Notes under the pieces: model-generated
What the model was told of the DNA's origin: nothing
Database searches by the model: none
What the model saw: only the letters and a program-made list of their open reading frames with translations
Origin: Octopus vulgaris
Taxonomy: Eukaryota
NCBI GenBank assembly: GCA_951406725.2
Contig: OX597827.1
Span: forward strand, 82,894,001 to 82,958,000
Reading direction: 5' to 3'
Length of the DNA stretch: 64,000 nucleotides
Shown: one piece after another, positions 14,971 to 28,526 of the stretch
Position numbering within the stretch: position 1 is the first letter of the stretch
How the letters are laid out: every line of letters starts with the position of its first letter
Made by a program: the position numbers and the translations under genes

Positions 14971-15457
14971 CATCTATTCAGATAAGCATTTAAACCTTAT
15001 TCAACAGAAATATACTTAGCAGCATGAGAGCTTTCCCAGCAATAAGCCCAAAGTTATTTGCTAACAAAAGTGACTTTAATCTAACTCTTTGTCTCTCCAT
15101 TCTTTATCTATATCAACCTCCCCATCTACTAAATATCTATCAGTTGATTTATCTGTCTCCATTTCTACTGATCTGCCTGTTTACCTGTCAATATATCTAC
15201 CTGTCCATGAAAACAATATCGTTAAGCATCGAAACTGGTTGCAACAACTGAACTAATCTCTTGTTGTTTATTGTCTGTCACACGAGTCCTCTGTTCTGTT
15301 CTATGGCATTTAATGACATTTAACTGCCCAGACGTTAAATTCACACTTTAAGCAAATTACTTCAGATACTCCAACGCATCGACTGAGAGGAGCCAACCAC
15401 GTGCATTCAGCCATGGCTACATTTCTCTCAACAAATTTGGTTTATCACTCCCTATCC

Positions 15458-15820
15458 AAGCATGATCGTTGCCAGACTGGCTACCTGGCCTCCATGCCAG
15501 TGGCACGTAAAAGACACCGTTCGAGCATGATCGTTACCAGTGTCGCCTTACTGGCACCTGTGCCGGTGGCATGTATAAAAAGATTCGAGCTAGGTCATGG
15601 CCAGTACCACCTGACTGGCCCCCGTGCAGGTGGAACGTAAAAAGCACCCACTACACTCTCGGAGTGGTTGGTGTTAGGAAGGGCATCCAGCTGTAGAAAC
15701 TCTGCCAGATCAAGATTGAAGCCTGGTGCAGCCATCTGGTTGCCAGCCCTCAGTTAAAACCGTCCAACCCATGCTAGCATGGAAAGCGGACGTTAAATGA
15801 TGATGATGATGATGATGATA
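15458..15820 (+). mobile_element. RTE-tail repeat with (GAT)n tail
   Basis: aaaagcacccactacactctcggagtggttggtgttaggaagggcatccagctgtagaaac...gcggacgttaaatgatgatg. Confidence 0.85.
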
Positions 15821-16473
15821 ATCTCTTATAACTGGGGTCGGTGTCAGGCTTTGTTGCTTTCTTTTATTTTTTTTTTGTTGTTGTCTGGGAAAGGGACTGA
15901 GCCCCTGGCCTTCATGAGCACTTCAAGGCCTAGCAAGACCAATGCAAACATCTGCCAAATAAAACTTGCAAGGATGGAATTCAAGTGAGCCTCTGGGGCT
16001 GGGGTAAGGTGCTGTATTTTAATCTGGGGATGGACAAGTATTTACACCAACTGAAAGAATGTTGCTTCCAATATTCAGAAGCCAGGGTCTGGGTCCCATA
16101 CCAAAGCAGTTTAAGAGAACTGGTCTCTTGTTTATGACTGACCACTGGAATGTTGATGCTTATTTTACTGTGCTTCCACGGCCAAAAACACTCAAAAATG
16201 GCCACTCAACTGGCCAGAAATATTGACCAGTGCTAAGTATTGATTATAAGAAGAAATTCTGAATTCACTAATAAATGAGAATGATGGTTCCAAATATCCT
16301 TAATTTGACATAAAAACCATCAAAGAAGGGCTGTGCTGTTAAGTAACACCAATGCCAATAGATAGAGCATGTGTGCATGTTTGTGTGTGTGTGTGTGTGT
16401 GTGTGTCTGTCTGTCTGCCTGTCTGTGTCTGCCTATCTGTGTGTGTGTGTGTGTCTGTCTGTGTCTGTGTGTA

Positions 16474-16510
<37 letters not shown>

Positions 16511-17239
16511 ATGCATGCATATATATGTCCTCATACATCATCAGTGTTGTAGACATTAGAACACAACAAATGCACAAAACGTCTTTACTCTCATTATTCA
16601 TTTATCGTTATTCAATTGACGTTCCAGTTGTGGCCTTCTCATCTTTTTATATACAAGACCACATCTTCCATTGTATTAATTAATCTCCTTTTTAATGACG
16701 AAGCGGAATTTGAAAGAAATTTGATTTCATTTGTATTAGAAGAAGTTCCTTCTTCAGAAAACCTGGGAGAGTGTAGCAGTGCACAGCTGCCCACAATCAC
16801 AACTGCATATATCAATGTGGAATATGGTCCTTATCAAGGCAGAGGCACGGTTTGTCTTTGGTGATTTAGATCTCATCCTTTCTTAGACAATATGCAGGCC
16901 TTGTATCTGTTACATCAACAGCAATTGTACAATCAGTGAAGAGCAACCTTCTAAACAGCCCAGAAAAAATCAACAAACTCACTTATTTCTGGGTGAGTCC
17001 TGCAGCAGTTTCTAAATATATATTTTGTAGGCTTACAAGGAGCAAATCCAAATTCTGATCTCAAAGATTATCTCAGGACATTTTATTAAAACTCGTAGCT
17101 TATATTTGTAGTTGCTTGTCTAAAACAGTGAAATACCAGTTTAAAACAGCAGGAGAAATGCTGCTTGTTTTTTCATTGTTTTTTGCTTTGGCTTTTTAGC
17201 TGATGGATGGGGGAAAGTAGAACCTGTATTTATTCAGTC

Positions 17240-17580
17240 CACTCTACAAAGTGGTTGGTATTAGGAAGGCCATCCAGCTGAAAAAACCATACTGAAACAG
17301 ACAGTAGAGTTTAGTGCAGGTTTCTGGTTCACCAACTCCTGTTAAACTGTCCAACCGAAGCCAGCATGGAAACAGGAACATTAAATGATGATGATGATGA
17401 TGATGATGATATCATTGATTGATAACAGAGGTACAAAGTCACAAATTTCGAGGAAGAGAAAAGTCAATGAAATCCTTTCCAATAAAATACCAGGATTTGA
17501 CTGGTGCTTATTTTATTGACCCTTGGAGGATAAAAGACAAAGTTGACCTTGGAAGGATTTGAACTCAAAACATAAACAAC
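17240..17580. mobile_element. RTE-tail repeat (+) followed by degenerate SINE family B (-)
   Basis: gtggttggtattaggaaggccatccagctg...ttaaatgatgatg; then aaagttgaccttggaaggatttgaactc. Confidence 0.7.
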
Positions 17581-17873
17581 TGCAAATAAATTCACAGTTT
17601 TGCATCACTCTTTACATATTTTCCCCCTTTTTGTTTTATTCTTGAATACAGTTCTACCTGATATCAAATTACCGGATGGAAATGGGGGAAACAAGAATTC
17701 TTTGGTAGAAAGACAAAGAATTTTTGAACACAAAACAAAAGTATCAGAAAATAAGAATGAAACAATTATTCTTGGATGATGGCAGGAGTTCAAAAGGTTA
17801 AACAGAAGTTTTCTGAATCAAACACACACACACACACACGTGCACACACACACACACGCACACACACGCACAC

Positions 17874-17939
<66 letters not shown>

Positions 17940-17954
17940 TCTCAATATAACATA

Positions 17955-18191
17955 CAGGGTGGCCAAAAAGAAGGTTTACAGTCATTCAACAATCTCTTTC
18001 GCATTCATATATTAACAGTTTAGATCTTAATTATAAAAGAATATGGAACCCCTATTCTCTGCTAATTTAGTTAATTTTGTCAAGCTCCCTTTTCAGTTTG
18101 TAAGACAGAAATTTAAATGTAAAAAAATGTTTTAAAAGAAATTAGAAATGTCTATGAGATAACTGTAAACCTACTTTTTGGGGCCACCCTG
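17955..18191. mobile_element. Tc1/mariner-type MITE
   Basis: TA|CAGGGTGGCCAAAAAGAAGGTTTACAGT ... ACTGTAAACCTACTTTTTGGGGCCACCCTG|TA: ~30-bp TIRs and TA target-site duplication. Confidence 0.9.
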
Positions 18192-18402
18192 TATATCAGA
18201 AAAAGAAGCACACACTAAAGAATAGAGCAGTAAGTAAGTTTCCCAAAAACGAAAGGCCACAGCCATGTGAACAGCTCAGCAGAGAAACACTGAGACAAAA
18301 GTGATCAAATGGCGAACAGAGAGAAAAGTTATTGAGGAGAGGTTATCTCCCCTGGACCAGAGGCGAAATGGAATCTCGGATCCATTTCGTTAAGGTCTCT
18401 TG

Positions 18403-20693
18403 CAGTGGTCAACAAAGCATTTGTCCCAAGAGAAAGAATACCTGTCTCTTATATGTTTTTCCTTGCAGAGTTAAAAAATAATGTCAAATTATCTGTATCA
18501 TCCACAGTTTCTCTGTTCCACGATATCCCTCTTGGTTCCTGTTACGTGGACTAAATTTTAGTTAAGGTGTCGAAATGTGAAGCTAACGGTTTAAGAAATA
18601 CTCCCAATTTAAATGTTTATGAATAGAAATAAGCAAATGGAATCATAAATCCAGCTATCTGAGTCGTTGAGTCACCGATGCTTTGTCAATATTGTGCTTG
18701 AAGTGTTGGTGTGCGGTTGTGTACTGAGTTTCACATATTCCATTCGCCTTCCTAATGCCAAGAAACTGTATAAACCTCGCAAACAGCTTTTGCTATATTT
18801 GCAGTGAATTAATATTCAAGTCACAAAGATGGCGTTTCATGCTATTGATTAGAAAGTGCTATGAGCATTATTTTGACTGCAAAGGGGGTGACCAGGATAA
18901 AAGCTGGGCCCCTTATGTGTGTTGTGTAACCTGTGTCAGGCTTCTCACTGCATGGGCCAAAGGTTCACACCATATGCCTTTTGCCATCCCTATGATTTGG
19001 AGAGAGCCCAAATATCACACTTCAGATTGCTACATCTGCATGACGAATATACGGGTATAACATCAAAATCCAGGCAGACTGTAAAATATTCTAATTTACA
19101 ATCTGCTATGAGATCAGTAGTTCACAGTCAACACTTACCTGTACCTGACCGTCCAAAACAAATGACACTCAGTGCCGATGAGTGAAGTAATGAAGATGTG
19201 GAGGAAGAAACAGAAGCCATGGACCTTTGAGCCTGACTGTTCTTCAAGTGAACCACATTTGTTGAGTCAGGGAGACCTGAACGATGTTGTGCAGAATTTA
19301 AACTTGTCGAAAAGGTAAGCTGAACTTCTTGGTTCCAGGTTAAAGGGCTGGAATTGTGTAAATTCTTCATCACTTGAGGATGGTGTGGTATTTTGTAATG
19401 ATGTATATTCTGTTATGGAGGAACTTAACCACAAATATAGCATGAATGAGTGGCGTTTGTAAGCTTGAAAGCAGTTTTACTCCCCAATGGAAATTAGTTT
19501 GCTTCTGTTCCTCCGGTCCATGCAGCTGACACGAAGGAAACATGAGGGTACAAAGATTGAGGAACAAAAGTGGAATATTTGTGGAGACCAAAAGGTTGTG
19601 ACATTTTTTTCCTGGGAATGCAGCTAGATTCCACGAAATTTTGTTGCTTTCTCTGAGGGTGGACAGTCAGGATAAGAAAAAATCATTATGAAAAGAATGT
19701 GTGGCCGAAATGATCTCTGACTCCTGGACCGAAGAATGTCTTTAATCCTCCCCTTGTTGATTCTGAGAAAATTTATCTGCCTCCTTAGCATATTAAGCTA
19801 GGATTGATGAAGAATTTCATCAAAGGTATGGATGGAACTGACAAGGGATTCACGAATTTGAAAACTAGATTCCCAAGAGTAAGTGACGTAAAAATCAAGA
19901 AAGGTATTTTTGTTGGGCCCCAGATTAGGGAGCTGATGAGGGACCAAAAGTTTGATGAAGAGTTCAATGATGTTAAAAAAGTTGTGTGGTTGTCATTTAA
20001 GAAAGTTTGCAGAGAGTTTTGGGGGAATCACAGAGCAGAGGACTATTCTGACATTGTGAAAGAATTACTGACATCAAACGAAACGTTGGGATGCAATATC
20101 AGCCCCAAAATTCACCTCTTGAACTCTCACTTGGACTTTTCCCCTGCAAATCATTGGGACTGTCAGTGACAAGCACAATGAGAGGGTTCTCCAGGACATT
20201 CTGAACATGGAAACCTGGTACCATGGAAAATGGAGCTCTGCTATTTTAGCTGATTATTGTTGGTCCCTAAAAAGGGATGTTTCAAAAGCTAAATACAGTT
20301 GAAAATCATTTGCCTCTACCTTTGTAATATCAGCCTGATTTTTGAATTCATAAAATACAATGGTTTAACAATTTATATATCACAGAAAAATGTATGACTT
20401 ATAGAAAAAAATCTGAAAACATATTTGAATTCTGCAGATAAAATGCTATTAAGTTCACCTACTTTTGTTTGTGGGACAATTTTTCATTAATTCTGTTGAC
20501 CAATTATAATTGTCCGCTTTATTTCTGCATTAATATAGTATATTTATTATATGATTTAATTACTCTATCACATAAAAACCATGCCTGATGGGAAAATTCT
20601 AAAAACAGATTTGAAATCTGCGTTAAAAGTAGTATAAAGTTCATTTTGTTTAGTTCATGGGACAGCAAAAAGTTTGAATTTTGTTGACCAGTG
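18403..20693 (+). mobile_element. Chapaev3-like (CMC superfamily) DNA transposon, full length but decayed
   Basis: TIRs CAGTGGTCAACAAA (18403) and TTTGTTGACCAGTG (ends 20693), flanked by TTG/TTA; internal transposase motifs. Confidence 0.75.
18755..20300 (+). pseudogene. Chapaev3-type transposase pseudogene
   Basis: FCYIC...GDQDKSWAP..CCVTC...MPFAIPMIWREP..H..DCYIC N-terminal Zn region; LPP*HIKLGLMKNFIK; IFVGPQIRELM; KIHLLNSHLDF; LADYCW. Multiple stops and frameshifts. Confidence 0.85.
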
Positions 20694-21802
20694 TTATTAG
20701 CTTAAACAGCAAACCGGGAGAGTAATTTTCCAGTCTGCAGCATTTGAAATGAACACATTTTGAGAAAATCTCTTCACGATTATTTAATGCACCAGGCTTA
20801 GCAAAGCTTTTAATACATACGTATGGCAGCTTTATTGTATTGGACTGAGGATTCATAAATCATTTGCAACCAAATTATTGTTGGATGTGTTTAATTAAGT
20901 CAAGCTAAAGATTATGAATTTCATTTGAAATCTATAAAAGAGGGAGCCATATTATTCAATATGGACACAGAGTTTCCACTGAATTTGTTTTAGTAATGTC
21001 CTTGGCTCCTGTCTTGAATGGCTTACATTTAAGAAAATGCTACACTCATTATTTCTTCAATACAAAAAAGATGACACTTTTATGAATGTCTATATTTCCT
21101 TACATCCTCAAAACTATAATAATACATCTGGATAAATTCCACTGTCTGTCTGTATATTATTGTTTAGCTCCATGCTTGGTTTAAACAAACCTCAAAATCA
21201 AAGCTTCTTCAAGTGTGACTATCCTTTCCTTTTATAAATATAGTCTATATAAGGCATTTTTAGCTTTCTATTTTTAAGAAGGTAGACTATGATTTGGCTA
21301 TTATTTCTAGCAGATCTAATATTCACTTGAAATAGTGAGAATGCAGTTGCATGCCATGTCAGTGGTTGTCCTATTGTCATTATTGTTATGGCTTAGTTGT
21401 AAATCAACTTAGATGATCAAAACTGTTCCAGTTGTGACTGTCACATCCTTTCAGACTAGGATCGAACATCTTCCACTTATGACTCTCATATTATTTCAAA
21501 CAAGAGTTTCGAGCGTTAGGTTTTCATCTTTAAAGGATGTTGATGAAAATTTGGCAGCTATTTCTCTTTGGTCCAATCCCAAGCTGAGAATATTTCTTTG
21601 ATTGGTTAGTTTCATTGTTTTAAGCAGTGCAGGAATTTGCATTAATGCTTTTGATGTGTTTTTGCATAAAACCTTCCTAATTAAAAATTATGTAAATAAT
21701 CAATTAGAATTTTAAACAGATTTCTGAAAATGTAACTTTAAACATTTGACAAAATACATGAGTTGTGTAAGCTGTTGAATAAAAATAATGTAAAAAAACT
21801 AT

Positions 21803-21804
21803 AT

Positions 21805-21899
<95 letters not shown>

Positions 21900-21904
21900 T
21901 AATA

Positions 21905-21959
<55 letters not shown>

Positions 21960-22015
21960 TAATAAGTGTAATAATAATAATAATAATTATAGTAATAATA
22001 ATAACAATAATAAGA

Positions 22016-22058
<43 letters not shown>

Positions 22059-22102
22059 CAACAATAATAATAATAATAATAATATTAATAATAATAATAA
22101 GA

Positions 22103-22148
<46 letters not shown>

Positions 22149-22150
22149 GA

Positions 22151-22190
<40 letters not shown>

Positions 22191-22198
22191 TAAGAAGA

Positions 22199-22235
<37 letters not shown>

Positions 22236-22291
22236 CAACAATAATAATAATAATAATAATATTAATAATAATAATAAGAGTAATAATAATG

Positions 22292-22376
<85 letters not shown>

Positions 22377-22398
22377 TAATAATAATCATTATCATTAT
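21803..22398. repeat. Long interrupted (AAT)n microsatellite
   Basis: Directly visible; recurring AAG-AGT and AAC interruptions. Confidence 0.97.
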
Positions 22399-22629
22399 TG
22401 CCTTCATCTAAAGTCTGTTTTCCATGCTGGTTTAGGTTGGATGGTTTAACAAGAAGCGACAAGCCGCAGGGCTGCTGTACTGATCTACAGACTCAGCTTT
22501 AGTATGGTTTCTATGGCTTACTAACACCAATAGAATATACATAACTATGCTATATATTTATGAATTATTATTTATTTATCTATGCATAACATAAACTTCA
22601 TTTGAAATTTAATATATAAAATATATATA

Positions 22630-22860
22630 TTGCTTTACTACCCACAAGGGGCTAAACACAGAGGGGACAAACAAGGACAGACAAAGGGATTAAGCTGATT
22701 ACATCGATCCCAGTGTGTAACTGGTACTTAATTTATCGACCCCGAAAGGATGAAAGGCAAAGTGGACCTCGGCGGAATTTGAACTCAGAACGTAACGGCA
22801 GACGAAATATCGTTAAGCATTTCGCCCGGCGTGCTAACGTTTCTGCCAGCTCGCCGCCTT
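22630..22860 (-). mobile_element. tRNA-derived SINE family B, full length (Meta-domain-like centre)
   Basis: Minus strand: GGCGGCGAGCTGGCAGAAACG (A-box)...GAGTTCAAATTCCGCC (B-box), GCCTTTCATCCTTTCGGGGTCGATAAATTAAGTACCAG, tail ...gccccttgtgggtagtaaagc. Confidence 0.9.
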
Positions 22861-24823
22861 TTATATATAAAATATATAAAATATATAGCATACGAATATG
22901 TATTTGCGTTGTAAACAGCTTGTCCTTATCAAACCAACACATGCCTCACATACAACACATCTACAATATGAAAATTTTGAAATTTAGATATTAGAAAGAC
23001 TTAGCTGTAATATGAAATTATAAAAATGTAAATGCATTCCATCCATGTATTTGATGTGTGAAAAAAAAGACGTGGGGAAGACTCCAGTTTGCTGAGTGCT
23101 CTCCAGAGGAGATTGGTCTATGAGGGGGGTCTTCCCTACTCTTTTTTCTGTACCCAAAGGCATTGAAGAAATGTCTTAACATTCTTATGATTTTATAACA
23201 CAACTATTTCAGTTCTTCTGCTTTGTATAGTGACTGAATATTCTTTGTTATTGATGGGAGAAGGAAATCAAGGTGGCCCCTTCTGAAGGGTGGTCAACAA
23301 CCAGCAAAATGGTCTGTCGGGACTTTCCCTGTCACTTTTGTTAACTACACAGCAAAAACCCACATGGAATATGTTTATATTTTTTTTTATTACCAATCAT
23401 AGCTAAGGTTTCCTGATATTTAAAATTACACACATGTGTGTGTGCATGTGTGTATTCCTTTATACAGCTTTATACAGTTGTGTACATATATATATCTCAT
23501 CATCATCATCATGAGATATATATATATATATATATATGTACACATGCACACACCTATATATTTATATATGTGTGTGTATGCATGTGTGTGTGCATTTGTG
23601 TGTGTGCATGTGAGTGTGCATGTGTGTGTATGTGTATGCATATGTATGTCTGCCTCTCTGTGTGTGTGTGTGTGTGTGCCTGTGTGCTTGTGTGCATGTG
23701 TGTGTGTGTATGTGTGCCTGTGTGCTTGTGTGCATGTGTGTGCATGTGTGTGTGTGTGTGTGAAATCATCATCTCACCTGCTTCATTGTAATGAAAAAAA
23801 CTATTGCCAGATCCTTCCATTCCCGGATATTCAATTCAATGAATCCTATTTCCTGCCAGACAATTCCGTCAGATTCTCAAATGTGAGCAGAAAACTTACG
23901 GTGTCATATTTTATTTCTTATCTGAACCAAAACCGGAAAATATTAATTGAAAGTCACGGCTGTCTTGCCATTGTCAAATGACATTCCGCTGCCATTCACC
24001 TGATAATATACGGTTATTGTTGTTGTGATGCAAAAATGATGTGGGTGTTATCTATCATTTAACTAATTGGCAATTTAAATGAGCAGAACAAATATCTGTA
24101 TAATGTCAAAAGCATTCAATTTTAAGAAATCTCTTCAAATAATAAAGAGAATGATCCAATGGAGAGAAACCTTCCAAAGATTAGAATAAAATTGTTTGGT
24201 ATTAAATATAAACAAATTTTGGTTTTTTTTCTTGTTTCCCTTCTTTTTTTCTTAAGAAAAGGGTTTTTTGTCAACGATTTAATTATTTTTTTCTATTTTT
24301 TTCTCTCATTGACGTTATTTGGTTTTTGATTTTGCTTTTGTTTATTGATTTTGCTTTCTGTGACATTTTATTTATATTTAGAATTCTTAAGAAAATGATG
24401 ACACTAACGAATATTTTTATCTGAAGAAACCTAATAAAATGGCTTTATTGTATAAAGAAAGTAAGTAATGAAAGAAGAAAGAAAAGAAGTGAGGAAGTGA
24501 GGAAGGGAGGGAAAAAGGAAAAGGAGAGAGGGAGAAAGAAAAATGCTTTATTAGAAATATTTGGTATACATGTTATGCCTTCATGGTGCATGTGGTCACA
24601 TGTGGATTCCCATGCACTGGTGGCAGTGATGACAACGACAACAACATCAACATTGATGGTGATGATGATGAGAAGTGGTGGGGTAGCAATGACACTGATG
24701 GTATGGAAAATTATAATGGTAATAAATAAAGGAGGAAAGTGAATAACTACAAAGGAACAATAAGTGAAAGGATCTCATGGCAGAAGACAATGTGAATGTT
24801 GGGAAACCTTACAGATTAGATTA

Positions 24824-25374
24824 CGAGGGTGAGGGAAAAAGTAATGCCATTTTGTTTAGGACAGGTATAATTACCAACACAGGAACATGTATCATACATC
24901 AAAATGAAGCTGGTCCTCTGTGGATCACATCCCTACTTCTCAACATAGTCACCATTTCTCTCAATAGCAATGTTCCACCTTCAAATGAGAGCATGTATCC
25001 CTGTCCCGTAAAATTCTGTTGACTGTTCTTTGAGCCACTTCTTCACTACAGTTTTCACTTCCTTGTCATTGGAATAATGTTTTGCCTCTTTCATGGGGCC
25101 AAAGAGATGATGGTCTGAAGGCGCTAAATTATTCCAGTGATGAGGAAGGGAAAACTGTAGTGAAGAAGTGGCTCAAAGAACAATCAACAGAATTTTATGG
25201 GGCAGGGATACATGCTCTCATTCGAAGGTGGAACATTGCTATTGAGAGAAATGGTGACTATGTTGAGAAGTAGGGATGTGATCCACAGAGGACCAGCTTC
25301 ATTTTGATGTATGATACATGTTCCTGTGTTAGAAAGTATACCCATCCTAAACAAAATGGCTTGACTCACCCTTG
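24824..25374. mobile_element. Palindromic mariner derivative made of two inverted transposase 3' ends
   Basis: TA|CGAGGGTGAG...CTCACCCTTG|TA. The ~255-bp arms are reverse complements; the right arm encodes YSSDEEGKTVVKKWLKEQSTEFYGAGIHALIRRWNIAIERNGDYVEK (mariner C-terminus). Confidence 0.9.
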
Positions 25375-25689
25375 TAGAAAGAGAAATATATTATCATCAA
25401 AAGATATTTTTGTCTAAGTTTAGAAAAAGGACAAAAATCAACTCAAGGTTGAATAAACTAGTTAGGCCTGAATTGGCAAAAGGAAAAACAGTTTTGAGAT
25501 CAGTTTGGGTGCTGAGGGGAAGATGGGCTCGAAGGTTTTGGATAGGGACCCCCCCGCCCCGCCACTGCCCAATTGCTCTGTGACTAATATTTGTTTCAAA
25601 CTTTTGGCACAAGGCCAGCAATTTGGGGGGAGGGGATAAGTTAATTACATCAACCCTAGTGTTCAACTGGGGTTGATGTAATTATGATG

Positions 25690-25995
25690 AACAGAAGAGG
25701 ACTGAGAACCAAGCCCTACTGAACTCCTAGCTGCGCACAGGATTCATGGCTAAACTCCCTATTAACTCTCACTTTATTGATAAGATCTTTTCCTCTGTAA
25801 AGGGCTTACATGGCTCTCACGGGCTATTAATCTACCCCTAGCTTCCTCAGTGATTATTAAACCACAGAGCAACTGACCCTGGCAAAAGCTTTCTCCAGGT
25901 TCATGAATATTAAGTACAGTGGTTTACTTTTAACCAGATATTTCTCCTGCAGTTGCTTCACCATGAAGAGAGCAGCAGACATGAAACCAAACTTC
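25690..25995 (-). mobile_element. RTE-clade LINE reverse transcriptase fragment
   Basis: Minus strand VKQLQEKYLVKSKPLYLIFMNLEKAFARV...LRKLGVD...LVLSPLLF, matching DLEKAFDRV and QGSVLSPLLF RT motifs. Confidence 0.8.
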
Positions 25996-26430
25996 ATCTC
26001 AGAAACAAAACTGATTACTATTATAATGTGCTACTTTATTTAGTAAGGTTGTTGTAACATGTGATGTAATTAGTTTAATATGGAAATTAGCTCACCCTGT
26101 GTGATTTAAAATACATTTTCTTTATGGTCATAAACTGAACTAGTTCACTGTGTACTCCTCTCCACCAAATCCAGCAGGTGCATTCAACCCCCACCTCCTT
26201 TCTCCCAGGACTAAGCATGTTAATTAATCTTTTCTTCCCAGAACTACAATTTCCAGGAACTTTTTCCTGGCTTATAATTTTCCTACTGAGACAAACCTAT
26301 AACAAAGATTATTTGCCAACATAACATGGCAGTCCTGATTTAGGACGAATGTTGCTGGCTATACGACACGATCTGTGTCCTTATATTTTCAAACAAGGGA
26401 ATCTAGCACCCCCACTCAGCTCAAAACAAT

Positions 26431-26477
26431 ATCTGCGTATCACAATTTTTGGGTTATTTCCCTTCATCAGCACAGAA
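26431..26477 (-). ncRNA. Degenerate type I hammerhead ribozyme in a probable Penelope pLTR remnant
   Basis: Minus strand: TCTGTG CTGATGA AGGG-AAATAA-CCC AAAAA TTGTGA TA CGCAGA. Stems I and II are present; the GAAA core lacks its G. Confidence 0.55.
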
Positions 26478-26576
26478 TAATCATTCAGCTAAAGGTGGCT
26501 GAAGGTGCCAAACTCCCGTTCAAAATATATAGTTTTCAAAGTGACAACTAGTCATTGATCTATAAATAAGAACATT

Positions 26577-26713
26577 ACTATTTTTGAATCTCACAACGAG
26601 AGATATTCAGCAACAGTACTTTGGAGTAAAGATTGTAGTGAAGATTGTTTACAACAACCTTTACTCTAAAGTACTGTTGCTGAATATATCTCATTGTGAG
26701 ATTTAAAAATAGT
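26577..26713. repeat. ~60-bp-arm inverted repeat (hairpin)
   Basis: actatttttgaatctcacaacgagagatattcagcaacagtacttt... versus ...aaagtactgttgctgaatatatctcattgtgagatttaaaaatagt. Confidence 0.85.
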
Positions 26714-26986
26714 GAATTCCCAAACTTTTAACAGTTTAAGTTGAGAATGAGGCCCAGCCATGTCCTGATTCTAGTTGCTCTCTCGCCTCCCTTCACCAAA
26801 CAAATGTCAGAACAAAGTTATGAATGTAGCAGGTCACAGGGATCCAACATGAAAGTAATTAACTCAGACTTCTTTTATAAAACCTAAAAGAATAATAAAT
26901 GTATCACCTTGGATGAGACTTAAACTCAAAGAGGAGGTTTGAACTTAACACAAGGCATTTTGTTCAGCAAATCACTAATGCAATGA

Positions 26987-27069
<83 letters not shown>

Positions 27070-27137
27070 CACACACTGTTGTACAAACAGCTGAGTGCAT
27101 TTGATTGACAGAAATTGTGCAGAAACCCATCATATAT

Positions 27138-27181
<44 letters not shown>

Positions 27182-28013
27182 ATCTTTGTTTATGTCCGTC
27201 TCTCACTGCTTCACAAGCAGGGTTTGTTCATGTCCCTTATAACTTAGTAGCTTGGCTAAAAGAGACTAAAAAGTACCAGACTCAAAATAAGTCCTGGGGT
27301 CAATTTAATCACCTTAAACCCTTGAAGGTTGTATCCCAGTCAATGAGTGAAACAAGTAAAAGAATAGACAGACAGACAGACAGACAGATAAACCATTTTG
27401 CCCTGCAAAAGACATGACAACCTGTCTGGTGCTGGTAACACAGCAAGATGCAGCCAATGCACTGAAAGCCCTTTGTAAAGTGCGTTGGGTGCAACTGACC
27501 CTGGCAATTTTTAAAGGAGAAAAATTGCTTTGTTACTGAACAGATTGTAAGTCCAAAATTAGGAGGCGAACCTTTCCATTGGTCATTAAGTAATGGTGTG
27601 AAAATAAGAATTCTTATCTCTACTGGACTGATGTAGTAGTAGTAGTAGTAGTAGTAGACATATTTGACAATGGGAGGGGCAGGGCCAAAGTTTCCAAAAT
27701 AATTCAAGTAAAGCAAATTATCTGCGAGTCATTCTGTACTTTTAATTTTTATGCTACTCCACAGCAGCAGGAACAACAGGTGGACAACTCGTGGCTAGAC
27801 ATGGCATATCTAGACTCTGCCTAGGAGTGTGATATGACATCCACCAAGACTGGGGACAGTAATCTGTATGGCAAAATACAAAAACAAAAAAAATTTATAG
27901 AATGAAAAAATTAAGTTGCTTCAGAGGGACTCCTCCAGGATTAGGGGCCCCTGAAGCTTAGGCTTCATTAGTTTTATGGTAGATCCACCTTTGTATATAC
28001 TCACATGTATCTA

Positions 28014-28080
<67 letters not shown>

Positions 28081-28088
<8 letters not shown>

Positions 28089-28456
28089 ATATATGGATGA
28101 AAACTGTTTGATTCAAATTTGTGGGTACTCTGAGTTTCAAGCATGATGCTAGTCTTCAGCCATTTTGAATTTGAACGAAAGGTGATTATTATTACCATAA
28201 GTTGGGCTGCGATTGGTCGAGGGAGGTCAGGCGGTGTTGTAGTTTGATGTTGGTATATAGGTCACTGATATACTGATATACCAACATCAAACAACAATAC
28301 TGCATGACTTTCCTCAACCAATCACAGCCCACCTTATGGTAATAACAACCAACTTGTTTCATTCAAATTCAAAATAGCTAAAGACTAGCAGCACTCTTGA
28401 AATTCAGAGTACCAACGAATTTGAATCAAGCTGTTTTGATCCCTATATTTACATGT
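28081..28456. mobile_element. Foldback MITE-like element inside (TA)n
   Basis: ~180-bp imperfect inverted arms (tttgattcaaatttgtgggtactctgagtttcaag / cttgaaattcagagtaccaacgaatttgaatcaa), flanked on both sides by long (TA)n. Confidence 0.85.
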
Positions 28457-28461
28457 GTATG

Positions 28462-28526
<65 letters not shown>

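Noticed and set aside
16977-17015. Isolated minus-strand AG...GTGAGT exon-like segment
   Set aside because: Weak acceptor and no compatible neighbouring exons found.
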